From: Utricularia gibba
Lineage: Eukaryota; Plantae; Magnoliophyta
Reading direction: 5' to 3'
NCBI GenBank assembly: GCA_002189035.1
Contig: NEEC01000004.1
Location: 3,658,001-3,722,000 of the forward strand
DNA: 64,000 nt
The notes beneath the pieces are model-generated. The model was not told the DNA's origin. It ran no database searches and saw only the letters and a list, made by a program, of their open reading frames with translations. The stretch's first letter is position 1; each line of letters starts with the position of its first letter. Positions 1 through 13,600 of the stretch are shown here, piece after piece. The translations under genes were made by a program, and so were the position numbers.

Positions 1-602
1 CAAGGTTTGAATTGTGGGTTTGGAAATCCGCCCAAGTGTTAATGCTGCTGTAGATCTACTCAAATGGAGGTCACGCCATGCCGTTGGCAATCAAATGCTG
101 GTATGGGAATCTGTTTTTTCTGCCACTCCCATTCATTTCACTGCATTTGCTTGTATTCTTCTACTACCTCCTGCACGTTTCTCCGTCTTTTGCTCCTCTA
201 GGGTTTTTCATTTTCTGTTCCTGGATTCTGTTTCTTTCTAGCCCTGCTTGAATGCGGCGCGGCGCTTCTTGTGGCTTGCCAACCCTTTTGCTGTTCTGCA
301 TTACCCATTCTTTGCTCTTTCTTTCTTCTGCTGGGTGTGTGTATTGCCCAACTGGAAAGAAAAGCTACGGCTTTTAACTGGATTTTAGTCACCCAGAAAA
401 AAATAAATAAATAAAAGCGTAGCTGGGTGGCAATTTGTGTCCCTATCTTAGTTTGCTTTTTGGAGTAGAATCGTGGCTCTACTTGCAAAGTGTCGACTTC
501 ATTATGATTTACTTTTCTGTAGGAGATCGAGTTGAAGTTATGGTTATGAGAAATGAGATGTGTTGTTGCTGATCCTTTCAAGAAAAACAAAAAAAATAGG
601 TT

Positions 603-2798
603 ATGGAATTCTTCAAGCTGAGTAAGTTCAGGAACGCTCACAATCCTGCTTCTGACAATGCGACCCAGAATCATCAACCAGTTCTCCAGCCTGATGTGGA
701 GAGTGGGAGAGGCGTTTCCTATTTCGTTAGCAATTCTCATTCTGAAAATAATAGTGAGGTTAAAGACGAAGAGGATGATGACGATGATTTCATTACAAAT
801 GAGGTCAAGAGGAGGCTGAAAGAGCTTAGGAAAAACAGCTTTATGGTTTTGATACCAGAAGAAACAGCTCTTGCTGATGACGAAGAAGAGGGAGACGAGG
901 GGAGTCCAGCTCTAGTGAATGGAGGGATGTGGAATTGGAGGGGCGGCAGTTCTGGTCTGGATTTGATGCTGTATATGACATGTATTGTGAGCGCATGCTG
1001 TTCTTCTATCGTTCCAGTGTGCAGCATCTGCAGGAAGTTGGTAATTCTTTGCTATTGTTGAATCTGAAGCAGTTCCTTTATTTCTGTATTGTGCCTTTCT
1101 TTTGCATCATCCTTGTCTGCTGGGTTCCTTCTGATTACTCTGCTAGGAAGTAGTAGGGTAAAGCCGTACATGCATCATGTTTAGTTTGACGAGGTTCCCA
1201 TAGAAAACCAAAGACATGCCTGGTTTTGTCACCGAACCAGCTACTCATCTAAGACGTCCATCCATATATTGCTTTCTTTTGCCCACAATTAGAAAGATGC
1301 TTCACACTATGTGAAGATGGTTTTTTTGATATTATCGTGCTGATTCGGAGGATTGTGTCGGGGCTTAATATTTCTTAGGTCCACGAGCTGGCCCATAAAC
1401 AATTAATATCCTAGTTTTGCTGCCCGCATTTTGTAACTAGGGCAGTAGTATTATTTTTCCTAGTCATATCTGAACTTTGATGAGCCAGCATCGATGTTGT
1501 TTGTTCATGATTTGTTTCTGACTACATATGAACCAGGGGTAGCCCTGTTCTCAGTATATTCCTGAAACTCTAACCTTAAGTGTAAAATCCGCAGGTTTTC
1601 ATGTCTGTTCGACACCATCACCTCGATCTGCATCTAAAAAGCTTTCTTCACCTCTCGGATGCCTATTCTTGCGAAATTTTGATGCACAAGAAGAAACCCA
1701 GTGCTTGCAGAAGCCTGGTAGTGATCCTTGTCATGAGCTTGAAACTGCTTATGTTGCTCAAGTGTGCCTGACATGGAGGTCCTTCACTGTCAATATACCC
1801 AATTCAGTCAGAAAATATCCCAGCAGCCTGAAAGTCCTACTTCCTACAACCATAGTGCTCAGTTGTTCCAGCAGTTTCAGGTCTTGCTGCAGAGATTCGT
1901 TGAGAATGAACCATTTGGAGTTGGATCAAGGTCAGAAATTTATGCCCGAACCCGAATAGCATTACCCAAACTACTTCAGGTTCCAAAAATTCAAGGTATG
2001 GGTTAAAATCGTAATAGCTATACTTATTGCCTTGGCATGAAACCAATTTTTCCATTGTGTGTATCTGCAAATTTTCTTGTTTACATCGTTCTTTCTGTTT
2101 GTTTTTTGTCTGCTGTTCTGAAAAGAATCCCTATGAACATGTCCACAGAAGTGGATACTACTAGAAAGGTCTCCATGTGCATCTCAGCTTATCTTCTGCT
2201 GAAAGAACATGTATCACGTTACTTCCTTTTCTAAACTGGTGTGTTCTTGCTTCATGGACAAAGGCACCAACGAAAAAGAGGACTCAGATCTTATAGTTGT
2301 CGCCCATGACTTGCTTAGAATACTCGAGGGCGCCATCCTAAGTTTCCATGAATTCATGAAGAAAGATAGGAAAAAATCAGTCAGCGCACGTAGTAGACTC
2401 GGAAGCCAGGGCCATATTTCCTCAGTTGAACACTTGCAGTCTTTGTTTGACAAGGTAAAGTTATGCAGTTTTTTACCTCTTTAGCATATGGAGGCCACTC
2501 TTTTTAGTATGGATTTAAAAGAACTGAATGCCGCACTTGGTTGTAAATGCAGAAAGCAGTGAAACTGAAGATGATGTGGAAGAAGAGCAAGAGCTACAGA
2601 AAGAACACCTGGCCAACAACGACCAAAGATGTGGAGGTGCTTCTTGGACTTGTGGATATGAAGGTTGTTTCGAGAGCCATGCAGTTGGCAAAAGTTAGCA
2701 AGGAGCAGTTGCAATGGTGTCAAGAGAAGATGAAGAAATTAGATATCTCCGATGGGAATCTTCTCAGAGATCCATCTCCCATTCTTTTTCCTTGTTGA
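603..2798 (+). CDS. DUF1666 family protein; 4 exons; two -1 frameshifts in this sequence
   Basis: Exons 603-1040, 1595-1995, 2264-2454, 2553-2798, all GT-AG. They total 1276 nt, or 1278 nt (426 codons) if one G is added at 899-902 and one at 1775-1776. Recognisable motifs: FITNEVKRRLKELR, GFDAVYDMYCERMLFF, LETAYVAQVCLTW, FQQFQVLLQRFVENEPF and C-terminal RDPSPILFPC. Confidence 0.85.
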
Positions 2799-3048
2799 TG
2801 CAAAGCAGAGTGAGAGCTACCTGCTTTGTTCAAACATCCTTGTGTTCTGTTTTCCAATTCCACGGTAAACGCTGATCTGAGCCGAAATTTCCACTTCTAT
2901 TAGTCAAGTATCTATCACAATGGGACTAAGAGAGGGGCCGCAAACCAATTCTATCCTCTTCAGCTCCAGGCTCATACACCAAAAGTTAGTACAATGAAAA
3001 TTCCCACTTGTCATTTTAGTAGGAAATAAGAAGCAGCAAATTGGAGAT

Positions 3049-4781
3049 CTATTTTGTAGTCTCAAGGGACAACTTGTCTTCTTTCCTTAGCAACACATCT
3101 TTCCAAGCTTCATAGAACATCCAGGTTATGCCGGACGAGGGCATCACCTTCAAACAACTAGCTCCCCATCCTCTGTAGAGACCTACCAATCCCTCCTGTC
3201 TAACTACTTCAGACAATGCCGCTGCCATGTTGGGAGGGCATTTTCCCATCAGAGCTCCTACCATCAAACGCTTTCTTGCCACTTCCAACGGATAGCTTAG
3301 CGTGCTAGCAGTCAAACCTGAAAATGGGGGATTGTGAGTCGGTGCACAGATGAAATATGAATCAATGTAAAAAACTATCATGGTAATCAACATGTACACA
3401 ATATGCCAGAGTTTATCTGCATTGTGGTTTACCTGAAAGAGCTCCAACTACGAGCATTTCTACACAACTTAAACTTTGTTTCTTCTTAGCTGAGCAATAT
3501 GATTTCTTCAACGTTTCGTACATGAAATAGTAACATGTACTGTAGGGGAGCATCCCAATTAATGTGGGTGAGATACCCGAGTAAAAAGCACCAATACCAC
3601 CATCCTTGTAAATCCTGCTCACTGCAAGAGTGATGTTGGGATACACCTCAGGATTCACTGTCAATCTGTCCTATATAAGATACAAGGTAGAAAAAGATAA
3701 GAAAAAAACATGCAAAAGACAAAACCAATCATGAAGAAAAGACTGATTTATGGCATAACATGGTGTGTTGTATTGAAACAGTATTTATTACGAGGAAGCA
3801 ATGAAACACCTTCAAAACTTCAAGCGGATGGCACACAAGGGTTCCAGCAATTCCAGCAGCAGCACCAGCTACGGCAACAGGAGAAAGCCATGAGAGTGGC
3901 AAGCTGAGATCAATATTTCCTATCTGCAGTTTGGAGCTTTCATCTTGACACCATCTCTCCTTAGCTGAACTCATGGCCCTTTTTACATATTCGAAGGTTC
4001 CAAGCTCAATTGCTTGCGTTGGAACAATGCGCAACATGTTTATTGCGTTTCCAGCCCAGAGTCCCTGCCACCCTTGTTTTTCAATAACCTGTACAAAACT
4101 TCCATATATATTCTTGGGTCCAACGCCAACCACCATTCTAGTCCTGCATATTAATATATTCCATTACGCAAAGACAATAGGATTGCTGAAACACATACAT
4201 CATCCAACATAACAGGAAGCAACAAACCTGATGGTCTCCAGAGGAGCAAGACAGGCTTTTGTCATAGCTCCTGCTAAAGCCCCACTAACGAACTCCACCA
4301 CTTCTCTCGTCTTAAACAGATCCTGGATGAACGAAAAACATGCTAAAGTTTTATCACCAGCCATCTAATTCAGAACTACGCGGGGCACCAAGATACAATT
4401 TTGACATTAGGTTTCGACCTCCCTTGTCCCACAAATACGTTCGACAACCACTCAAAACACCAACACTCATTGGGTGTGATCATCTTTGACCTCCTTCTAC
4501 AAATCTACAGACTTGGGTTTGAAAACCAAGTTTTTTTAAAAGCCAAGCAGCCTATAAAGGAAAAAAAAGACAGCAAAGAGACGAACCTGAAATGTTTGTC
4601 CGAGATCTGGGAAGCCCGTAAGCTGTTGAAACGTTGGGAGTTCCTTCTTATGACTGCTAGAATGGAGATGGAGATGAAGGCGTATCGCCTCCTCAGGGAC
4701 AACGATTGCACCTCCTTGTCCATAGTGATCTCGCATTAGGCTGCGGCTCTTGATCTGCAATCCAGACTCCGCAGCAGACAT
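3049..4781 (-). CDS. BTL1: Mitochondrial carrier family protein, BT1-like adenine nucleotide transporter (BTL1-like)
   Basis: Exons 4781-4587, 4322-4228, 4143-3810, 3670-3433, 3317-3049 with consistent phases. Three Px[DE]xx[KR] carrier signatures (PLETIR, PLEVLK, PLEVAR), plus GLWAGNAINMLRIVPTQAIELGTFEYVKR. Confidence 0.88.
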
Positions 4782-5102
4782 GGCGACAAATTTAGCGCAG
4801 CACAAGAGAAATAGAACACAAGGCCCAGTAGCTCAACTAGGGAAAAGCAGGAGCCAAAAGAAGAGTTGGCCTCTCCTGAACTTTCCCCACACTATTTATA
4901 AACAAAAAACAATGCAGATACACACAACCCACAATGGATAGAAAAATAATAAATAAAAGCGATAGGGTTTTAGAAAGAGGAAGCAAAAAGCAACATGCCT
5001 GATGATGAGGAGGAGGAGCCTTTTGGATCATCCGACGCACCCAAATGAATGATGAGAGGGGCGAAGGAGAAAGGGACAGCAGATATTCTTGGGGTGGTTA
5101 AT

Positions 5103-5147
5103 TGGGCCGTAGTTTGATTTTACCCCGAGGATTGGGCCCCAGGCCCA
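5103..5147. promoter_or_regulatory. Cluster of three site II (TGGGCC) elements upstream of the mitochondrial carrier gene
   Basis: TGGGCC at 5103-5108 and 5133-5138, and GGCCCA at 5142-5147, about 320-370 bp upstream of the ATG at 4781. Site II/TCP motifs are typical of nuclear genes for mitochondrial proteins. A TATAAAT lies on the minus strand at 4900-4894. Confidence 0.5.
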
Positions 5148-8093
5148 CGCCTCCCACATTTATTTCCGCAATATAAAAAAAAATATCGTACAAATTTTCA
5201 TTAATTAAAAAAAATTCTCCTTTTTTTCTGACCTAATTCTTTATGAACAACAGCCGACATAATTGACCATTACAAGAAACAGGATTGTTAATTATAGTAT
5301 TTCATGAAATTATGGAGAAATTATTTTTAACCTACAAATGAGGATGATAAAGAAAAATTAAATGAGAAAAATGAAAGAATCATGTCAACTACAAATTTGT
5401 AATTTAATAGATTTAAAATATGGAAATATGAACAAAAATGTATGTTTTATGATAAAATCAAGATATAAAACTTTTATAAAATCCTGAAACAGCCACGAAG
5501 TTTTCGGAATTGACAAAATTGACCAACAAATTTGACTCGGTCAACTTAATTAATTACTTATTATTGTTTGATGAAGAAAAGTCATGTTTTTCGGAGACTA
5601 TCTCGTGTGTGTTAATTTGGTAGAGGGCAAGGGAACTTTGGGCATGATATGTGTCGTATTTGGTTGCCTTAAAGATGGTCCGAGTTATACACAAGCACTT
5701 GCCTAAACTAATGCAAAAAAAAAAGACCATTATGAAATATTCAATATTAATATATAAGTAATGTGTTTATATGATAGAATATTTTATAAATATCAATTTA
5801 ATAATAAAATATTTTATGAAATATCGATTTAATAATAAAATAAATAATAATGTTCGTATATAAAAATACATAATTTTATAAGTTAAAAGACTTCAAAAAT
5901 CATACATATATATGAAACAATGTTTCCAAACCCTAGGTATCTAATTCCAATGAAAATAATTTTGTAATTATATTTTTAAATTTATTTTTACTTTTTCACA
6001 AAATAATATTATAGAAGTAAGGGTCTTAAGCCTACTATTTCAATAACTTAATCTAAGTTTTTTTCTATTCCTAATTCTTTGGTCTATCTTGGAGTTGGGT
6101 TTATTAAGTCAAGCATACAATTTTTTTATTCTCCTAGATTTAATTGAGATTACTAAGAAATGAATATTTGAATTTGGCCAGAATGAATTTGAACTCAATG
6201 AACTAACCCTCCCTTTTGCACTTTAAGGCATCACTTCAAATGTTAAGTTTGATTTTAGTATTATCTTTTATGTCATTTTCTAGGTTTAAATATAATTAAA
6301 ATTATCCAATAATAAGTTTATAATATAAGTTTTAAGTTTTATTTAGATTAAAATAATTGTCTTAATTAATGTGTTTTGTATACTATTTTTAGTTTAATTT
6401 TTTTTTAAGTTTAGTTAGAGACAAACATGTGACAAAAATATAAGAAAAGAGGGAGAACAAAGTGACAAATTAGATCTTATACATTCTTCTTGATTTCTGG
6501 AAGAATATTGATACTCAATAATGAAACTTGATGTGCGGTACACGAGATCTATTGACATAAGAAAATATGAGTGTATAAGAATTGATAAATGAAAAATATT
6601 GCAATATCGTTAAAATGAAAATTTATCCTATCAAATAAATTTATAATCTAATACACATTCAAGCATAATACAATTATGAGTATAGAGATTATGATCGAAC
6701 ATGAAGAGCTAGGTGTTTGATATGTGAAAATCAATGTATGGAATCAGTGTCACGTTAATAGATTTGATCTTAATTAAGACTAAGAAAGAGTTGCAATAAA
6801 ATACAGTAAAGAAAAGTTGCAAACTTTTGAACTCGGTTGTTTCTAAAATGAAATGGGTGATGACTTGCGACTCTTAAGAGATGTATACTTATCACTAATC
6901 ACGCTCATACAAACCATATATCAAACAAAGTCTAGGTCTACTTGCACTCTTGTTTTTCCCCAAATCTTTGGTCTACCTCTAATTAGGGTTGTTAATATAA
7001 GTTTCACTACTTCTTCCTCTTGGATCTATTCTGGTTTGTTAAGGAAGTTGTGTGACTTATGGTTAATAAATTATAAAGATTGACTAGCACATTTCACCCC
7101 TTTTCACTCCAAGGCACTCCTCTAAGTATTTAACCACTCATGTATAAGGTAAATGAAAATGAAAAAGAAAACATCATCCATATTGTACTCTCACAGTCGA
7201 CTACTAGAAAATAAAAAAAACAATGAATTTAAAAAGTTCAATAGAAAACTAGAATTGTCGCTAGCTACTTTTAGTTGAGAGTAATATTCTTTGGAAAACA
7301 AAAAAAAAGTCTTCGAACATCAACTTCATTCTTGGTTCATCTTCCTCCTTCTTCCCCTCAAAATCTTCTCCAAAAATAATCTGTCCCCATGGGAGAGATC
7401 TCTCTTCTCTCCTTCCATCTTGTCTACTTTTTTGTTCAAAATCCTCCTTTTTTTTGTCCTTGGATTTTCTGTCCTTCTTTTCAGACTTTTAACTCATCTT
7501 AGCCAGCTCATTAGGATTAATGTTGCCAACATGCACTGCATTGTTCAAAGAAAACTATTAAAACTAAGATTGGGACGATTTAGTCCCAACTAGGAGTAAA
7601 AAGCACAACTACAATACTATTTACAAAAACATAAAAATAGTCAATAAAACTTAATTTTCATAGTACAATATGAGTCATTTCCCCGTACTTAATCATTCAA
7701 AAATATGTGTTATCAAGAATCAAAGCAGAAAGTCGCTTGTAAGATATTAAAGACCATAGTAGAATGAAAGGAACACAAAATTTAGAGAGAAGAGACTTTT
7801 TGAATTCCAATTTCAGTTTTTACACTTTGTTGATCTTTCTAAGATTTTTCTCTACCTTCTCTCTAATTTCATCTTTGATTTCGGTTGCTTGTTTCTCATA
7901 GCTGTTCGAACCTAAAAAGCTTTATTTCTTGGTTGGTAGATTCTCACCCCTACGTTCTGTTAGTTAATCTCCACTACTTTATTAAATTTGGTTGGGTTTC
8001 ATATATCTATATACGATTATCCCATGATCTTTTCATAATGGCTCCTTATTCAAAATTCATAATTAGTTGGAAACTACCTACAAGTTTTGAAAG

Positions 8094-8240
8094 TAGTGAT
8101 GGGCATGGGTTGGCCCCATCCATAGGCTTGGCCCAACCTGTATGAATGGGTCCAGCCCATAGGTAAACCCATCTTAGGAAATTGATGGGTTGAGCAGGCC
8201 AAATCAACCCGTGACCCATACGAGTTAGACTCGTTGGACC
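8094..8240 (+). mobile_element. Terminal fragment of a hAT-family DNA transposon
   Basis: Begins TAGTGATGGGCATGGG, a 14/16 match to the left TIR of the TSD-flanked hAT MITE at 17588. Followed by ACCC/GGGT-rich subterminal motifs. No matching right end found. Confidence 0.45.
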
Positions 8241-8678
8241 ACAGGTTGACACATCAGTTCAAAATAATTCTTCGGTGGATAATTTGTTCTAGCCCAAAAT
8301 TCAAAGCAATTTTAACACATATAAGAACAAATGCATTGGGTCACACATTAGTCCAAAATAATTCTATAAATAATTTCTTTTATCCAAAATTCAAAACTCA
8401 TTTTAAAACATATCAAAACAGAATATTTCGAATTTTAGAATAACCACAACCCTAGCCACATTGTTACATTCAAAAGGATACTTTGATCGCAATCTAATAG
8501 CATCAACAAAACTTTTATCTATTTTCACTCTTGTTTCAACATTTTTGATCTGTCTCAAGTTATTAAGGTGAGATTTTTTTAATTTTATTCATATGTTTTT
8601 TTAAGTATTAACATGTTTTTGTTTCATGTTTTGTTGATATGTATTGAATTTGTATCATGGATTTTATTTGGTTATATC

Positions 8679-9342
8679 TGATGGAGTCTGAAATCGGAAG
8701 AATTAATCAGCTATTGAAAAAGGAACCAAAAGGTACCGTGACAAGTTGCTCAAGGCCGACAAAAGCCGATATGTGTTAGGGTTTGGCAGCGGCAGCAGTT
8801 TTGGACAGTCTAAAAAGTAGCTGAATTGCAGTGATGTCAAGATAGCCGACAGTTATCTAATATAAAGACCACAGTCAAAGAAAGTTGCCGATATCTATAG
8901 AATTCAGAATTCAGTCAGGCTAACCTCTTCAATAAATATAAGAAACCCTAAAAAAAAAGGGGTGGAACTCCGAGCCTTCTCACTTGTATCTTTTCTCCAC
9001 CTCCATCTAATGAAACCATTTTTTGACGAGCTCTAACAATTCCGTGGTTTTCTCGTTCTCCGATGGTTTCCACGTTAAAATCCCTCTATTTCTTCATTTC
9101 TATCAAACACATCACATCACCTGACACATTGATATCTTAATCGGATCCGACGCGTTGGCTATACCCGTGATCCGAAAATCGGTCTCCACCTTAGTGCTGA
9201 TTCTCGACCACAACATTTTGGCATCCACCATGGGGCAAGATTTATTGTCCCACTTGAGAAATCCATAGAAGCTACTTATCAAACTCTCACGATGGTAGAT
9301 AACAACACGGCCACCAACTCCGACAATGAAGGCAACGCCAGC
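8679..9342 (+). mobile_element. Truncated Ty3/Gypsy (Tat/Retand-like) element: 5' LTR, PBS and start of gag
   Basis: Putative LTR ends ...CAACA at 9215. It is followed by TTT and TGGCATCCACCATGGGGC (9219-9236), a degenerate form of the Tat-type PBS TGGCGCCCACCGTGGGGC. The LTR start (TGATGG at 8679) is tentative. The element is cut off by a hAT terminus at 9343. Confidence 0.5.
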
Positions 9343-10250
9343 TAGAGATGGGTTCGGTTCAGTTCGGCATAATTGTAACCATGGAATCGACAGTTCCGAC
9401 CCGTGTGTGAATTGTCTTGTTCACGATTCTGAACTATGAATCGTATGGTTCGGATTTAAAAATTAAAAAAATTAAAAAAAAAATAAAATGTATATTATTT
9501 TTTACACTTTTCTGAGGCACCCATACGACAGAAGTGGGTGCCTGAAAAATTTTCTCAAAGATTGATGACGTCTAATTCGATTTTAACAAACACCCCTTTG
9601 TTTTTAATTATAAACTTTTTCAAGTAAGTGTGGAACGTTATTTGATATTTGAAAAACCTTCTTTTAATGATATTTGAAACAAGCTCAATCGGGATACAAA
9701 AATTTTTCTAGGAAAACCGCACTTCATATGGCACTTGAGGATTTTAAAAACATACTTGACTCTTTAATTTTTACTTTTAAATCTTTGCATTGTAATTTTT
9801 GTTTGACTTGTGATGGCTGGAAAGATTATAACAATGAGAGTTATATTGTTATTACATGTTCTTGAGTAGATAATTTTTGATATATGCAAAAACGAATTTT
9901 AGCTTTTCAAGAATGACCATCACCACATAATTGTTTTTCTATTACTAAAATCATTGAAAATGTCATAACATTTTATGGAATATCTGATAGGATTTTTTAT
10001 GTTTCTTTGGATAATGCTTCTGCAAATACAAATGTCTTAGACATTTTGAAAAGTTGCATGAATCCTATATTAAATAGCATTTTTTCCACACTAGGTGTAC
10101 TTGTCATATATTAAATTTGTGTTAAAAATGATTTCAAAGAATGTGACATTTTTTTAACTCCTATTCGTGATTTAATTAATATGATTATAACTACACCTAA
10201 TAGAATTGATGATTTTAAAAGTGATTTAATTAATATGATAATTTATTCTT
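9343..10250 (+). mobile_element. Degenerate hAT transposon: left end and decayed transposase fragment
   Basis: TAGAGATGGGTTCGGTTC terminus at 9343. Sequence at about 9680-10130 translates, with stops and a frameshift, to CLTCDGW..ESYIVITCS*VDNF..QKRILAF..SLDNASAN..HTRCTCHILNL, the Ac/Tam3 catalytic core (first two acidic residues and the CxxH motif). Confidence 0.85.
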
Positions 10251-10254
10251 TTTT

Positions 10255-10617
10255 TGGTATCAGAGTAGGCGAATGATTTTTTTTAGTCTTCGCAACTCTT
10301 GCTTCCGCTCGTCCAACCTATTACGATGGCCACTGGAAATTCCATCAATGTAAGCAATTTCATCACCATCAAGCTTACCCAATCAAATTATAGTTTGTGG
10401 AGAGAAATGGCGATTGGTCTTGCCGAAAACCAAGGTCTCTACGGCTACCTTACCAGAGAGATTACAGCACCAACGCAGTTCGTATCTACACCTGAAGGTC
10501 AAGAACCTCAGTCATAGCCCACCCTCACCAATGAATACATCCAATGGAAAACCGCTAATCGTCTCCTCGGAAGCTGGCTCCTTGGAACAATTTCTGAAGA
10601 CTCTTGGCCACTCATTA
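10255..10617 (+). mobile_element. Ty1/Copia fragment, part 1: tRNA-Met PBS and gag N-terminus (RE1/Ale-like)
   Basis: TGGTATCAGAG PBS at 10255. ATG at 10326 gives ..NFITIKLTQSNYSLWREMAIGLAENQGLYGYLT..*..EYIQWKTANRLLGSWLLGTISED, with an in-frame stop at 10515-10517. Confidence 0.85.
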
Positions 10618-13600
10618 GAGCATCTTTACCCATTTTTGGAAATGCTGATGTGGCATTTCTGGAAATAGGGTAACCATTTTCGGAAATCAATAATCGCAGT
10701 TGTTCATTTTTCCTGAAACGGGAAAGTGGAAAGACAGTTTCCTTGCGGAAACTATCTTTAAAACAGAGTAAAGCGGGGAAGGCGAAAAGTTTGGCAGAGA
10801 GACGAACGCAAAAAATCGTCCCAATTCAGAGCAATTCAGAGCGGAGGACGGCATAGGAGAACATAGGTGTGGCAGGTGGCACCACCACCTGCACCACCTG
10901 TCACTTGCCCCACCTACACCAAATTCTGAAAGAAAGTTGTTGATTACTATCATGAAGCTGGTGCCGTTTCACGTAGTGCTAATACTATAAGACATAAATG
11001 GACTAGTTTGAATCAAAATTGTAGTAAATTCAGAGGTTGTATGGATAAAGTTATGGCAAGGGGAGGAAGTGGTAATAATGAGTACGATTTCAAGCAACAA
11101 GCATTGAAATTATACAAACGTGAAAAGAAGAAAGATTTTGTAGACATCAAGTGTTGGGAAATCTTACGTTTAGAGCCGAAGTGGATGTCGGTACGTAAAA
11201 TTATATTTTCTATTGTTTATCTACTACTTTTATCAAAGTACAGATGCATTTATATTTTTTTATATTTTTTTATTAGGTTCCAAGATCATCGGATGAGGGC
11301 TTCACAATAGGATCAAATGATCCAGTGACTCCACCTTCACACATTTCTCCATGTGTTGAAAAAGAAGCAAGACCTTTAGGGCAAAAGGCGTCTAAGCGCA
11401 AACGAGAACAAAATGAAATGATTGACTCTACTTCTTTCAAGAAGAAAGCATTTGGTAGATATATGAATGGTATATTGGGCCTTCGTCACGATATTCAGAA
11501 GAAGACTCATGCGATGTGGACATTTAATCATAAATATTATGCGGATGTGCTTGATAGGTTATCTAAAAATGACGTAAGTAATATGACATCTGAACAAAGG
11601 ACCATAGATGAAATGACCTTTCAAGGTCTTGAAAATGCAAAGTTGTTAACTAGAAATGAAGGTACATCGAAAAAGAACGTGGGCGATGAGTTTGTGGATC
11701 TTTCTGATGATTGATAAGCTTTATGTAGTGTTTGGTGTTTGTCTTTTTTCTATTTGAACTATGTATGCATAATTAAGTATTTCAATATTTTAATTTTGAT
11801 TCTTTATTTTGTTGATAAATGCAAAAAAAAAAAGGATTGGTACCAATACAAGTGGTGCAAATTAAAAGGTTTAGTTGCAATATAAGTGGTTGGTAGAATT
11901 CAATCTGTTTTCCTATTTAAGATTCATGTATCCATATGGTTTCCTTACTCAATTATTACCATGAATCCATCATTTCCCAAATTTTTTCATTTTTTTGCGG
12001 AGGATGACATAGATTATAAAGCAATTGTTCAAGAAGGATATAATTTCTTCTTCAATGACTTAGATGAGGAGCCACAAGAACCTTCTCAACTACGACGTCC
12101 ACAATAACAAGTTGAACGCAATCGTGAATTAGGACATGAAAGATTTGTGGCTGATTATTTTTGCAACAACCCCACTTACGCAAATGAACAATTTCTGTAT
12201 GAAACGTTCTTTATTTAAAAGAATTGTTGAGACTATCAAATATCAAGATCCCTATTTTCAAGACAAGGTAGATTGCACAGATTATCTAAGCTTAAGCCCT
12301 TTATAAAAGTGCACAGCTGCTATGCGTTTGTTAACTTATGGTTCCAGTGCTGATAGTGTTGACGAATATATTCGAATTGGAGAGGCAGCATCCATCAAAT
12401 GTATTCATCATTTTTTTACTGCCATTCGCTCTTGTTTTTCAGAAACAGTATTTACGATCACCAATAATAGAAAACTTGGAGCGTTTGCTTGCTTGAGACG
12501 AGGCTAGGGGATTTCCTCGAATGCTTGGAAGTGTAGATTGCATGCATTGGGAGTGGAAAAATTGTATTGTGGCATGGCAAGGTCAATTTAAACGTGGAGA
12601 CCATCATAAACCATCACTCATGTTAGAAGCGGTGGCATCTGCTGATCCATGGATATGATATGCATTTTTTGGAATGTCACGTGCGAATAATGATATCAAT
12701 GTTAAGTGTCATTTTCTAGTTATTTATTAGGTATTATTATGTATTAATCTAGTGCTAAGTTGCCCAATTTAGGATTTATATTGATAAATAATGTATTTCC
12801 TTAGAAAAATCATATTTTCCTATTTTGTATATATTTTATATCTTTTTTCTCACACTTTGACCGAGACATGTCAGGAGACTATCATGGAGTGTTGCAGGAG
12901 TATTGCAGGTGGTCAGAGTCTGACTTTTCGTGCCTTGTATGTGACTTGGAACAATTGTGGGCGCAAGACTGACACTAGTCAAGGCCCCTGACTTACGGCA
13001 TGTCAGAGTTTGCAGAAATGATTGGGCGCTAACTTGCACGCAAAGGAAGGCTGCTGGTGCACGCAAGATAAAAGGAATGATGGGAAGGGGACCCAATGGA
13101 GTTAATGCACGTAGGGAGTGATATAAAAGCCACTTGGAGCACTTAGTTTCGAACTTTTGAATTTAAGACTTGCCATATTTCTTTTGTACTTAGAACTCAA
13201 GGAGGGAGAACACTTACCTTCCCTTTTCATTTTTGTTTTTCATGGCCCTTTGTAGTTAAAACCCTTTTAGTTTCTAGGAGAAGATAAAGTTTCCTTTCAA
13301 GTCTTGAACAATACACTTGGTTCTTTGCTGAATTCAATTCGGATTCTGCAGACTTCCACGTATATTGTTGAAGTCCTTCTGTAACGGCTCCTAGTCAAGT
13401 TCTATGAGTATCAGGCCACTCCTCACGGATTTTGGTGAAGATCAAGGTGAATAGCACCAACTCCAACCCTGCCGGCTCGAAGGAAGTAGCGGATTGTTTG
13501 TGGCCTAGGTACCGCGACAGTGGACAGGTTGTGACCTCGGACCTGCCACTGGCCATTGGTGACAGCTGGACACACACGTGCAATTCGGTTATGAAGGCAA

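Noticed and set aside
899-902. Programmed ribosomal frameshifting as the explanation for the G-run frame breaks
   Set aside because: There is no slippery heptamer or downstream structure, the required shifts recur in unrelated genes, and a sequencing indel is far simpler.
6400-8090. Possible decayed retroelement or LTR sequence upstream of the TE nest
   Set aside because: The composition is suggestive, but I could not find a translatable TE motif, paired termini or a TSD, so it is not supportable without a library search.
13380-13519. Nested mini-LTR/TRIM (TGTAACGG...CGCGACA) inside the solo LTR
   Set aside because: The flanking 5-mers (CCTTC versus GTGGA) do not match, and no second copy is seen.
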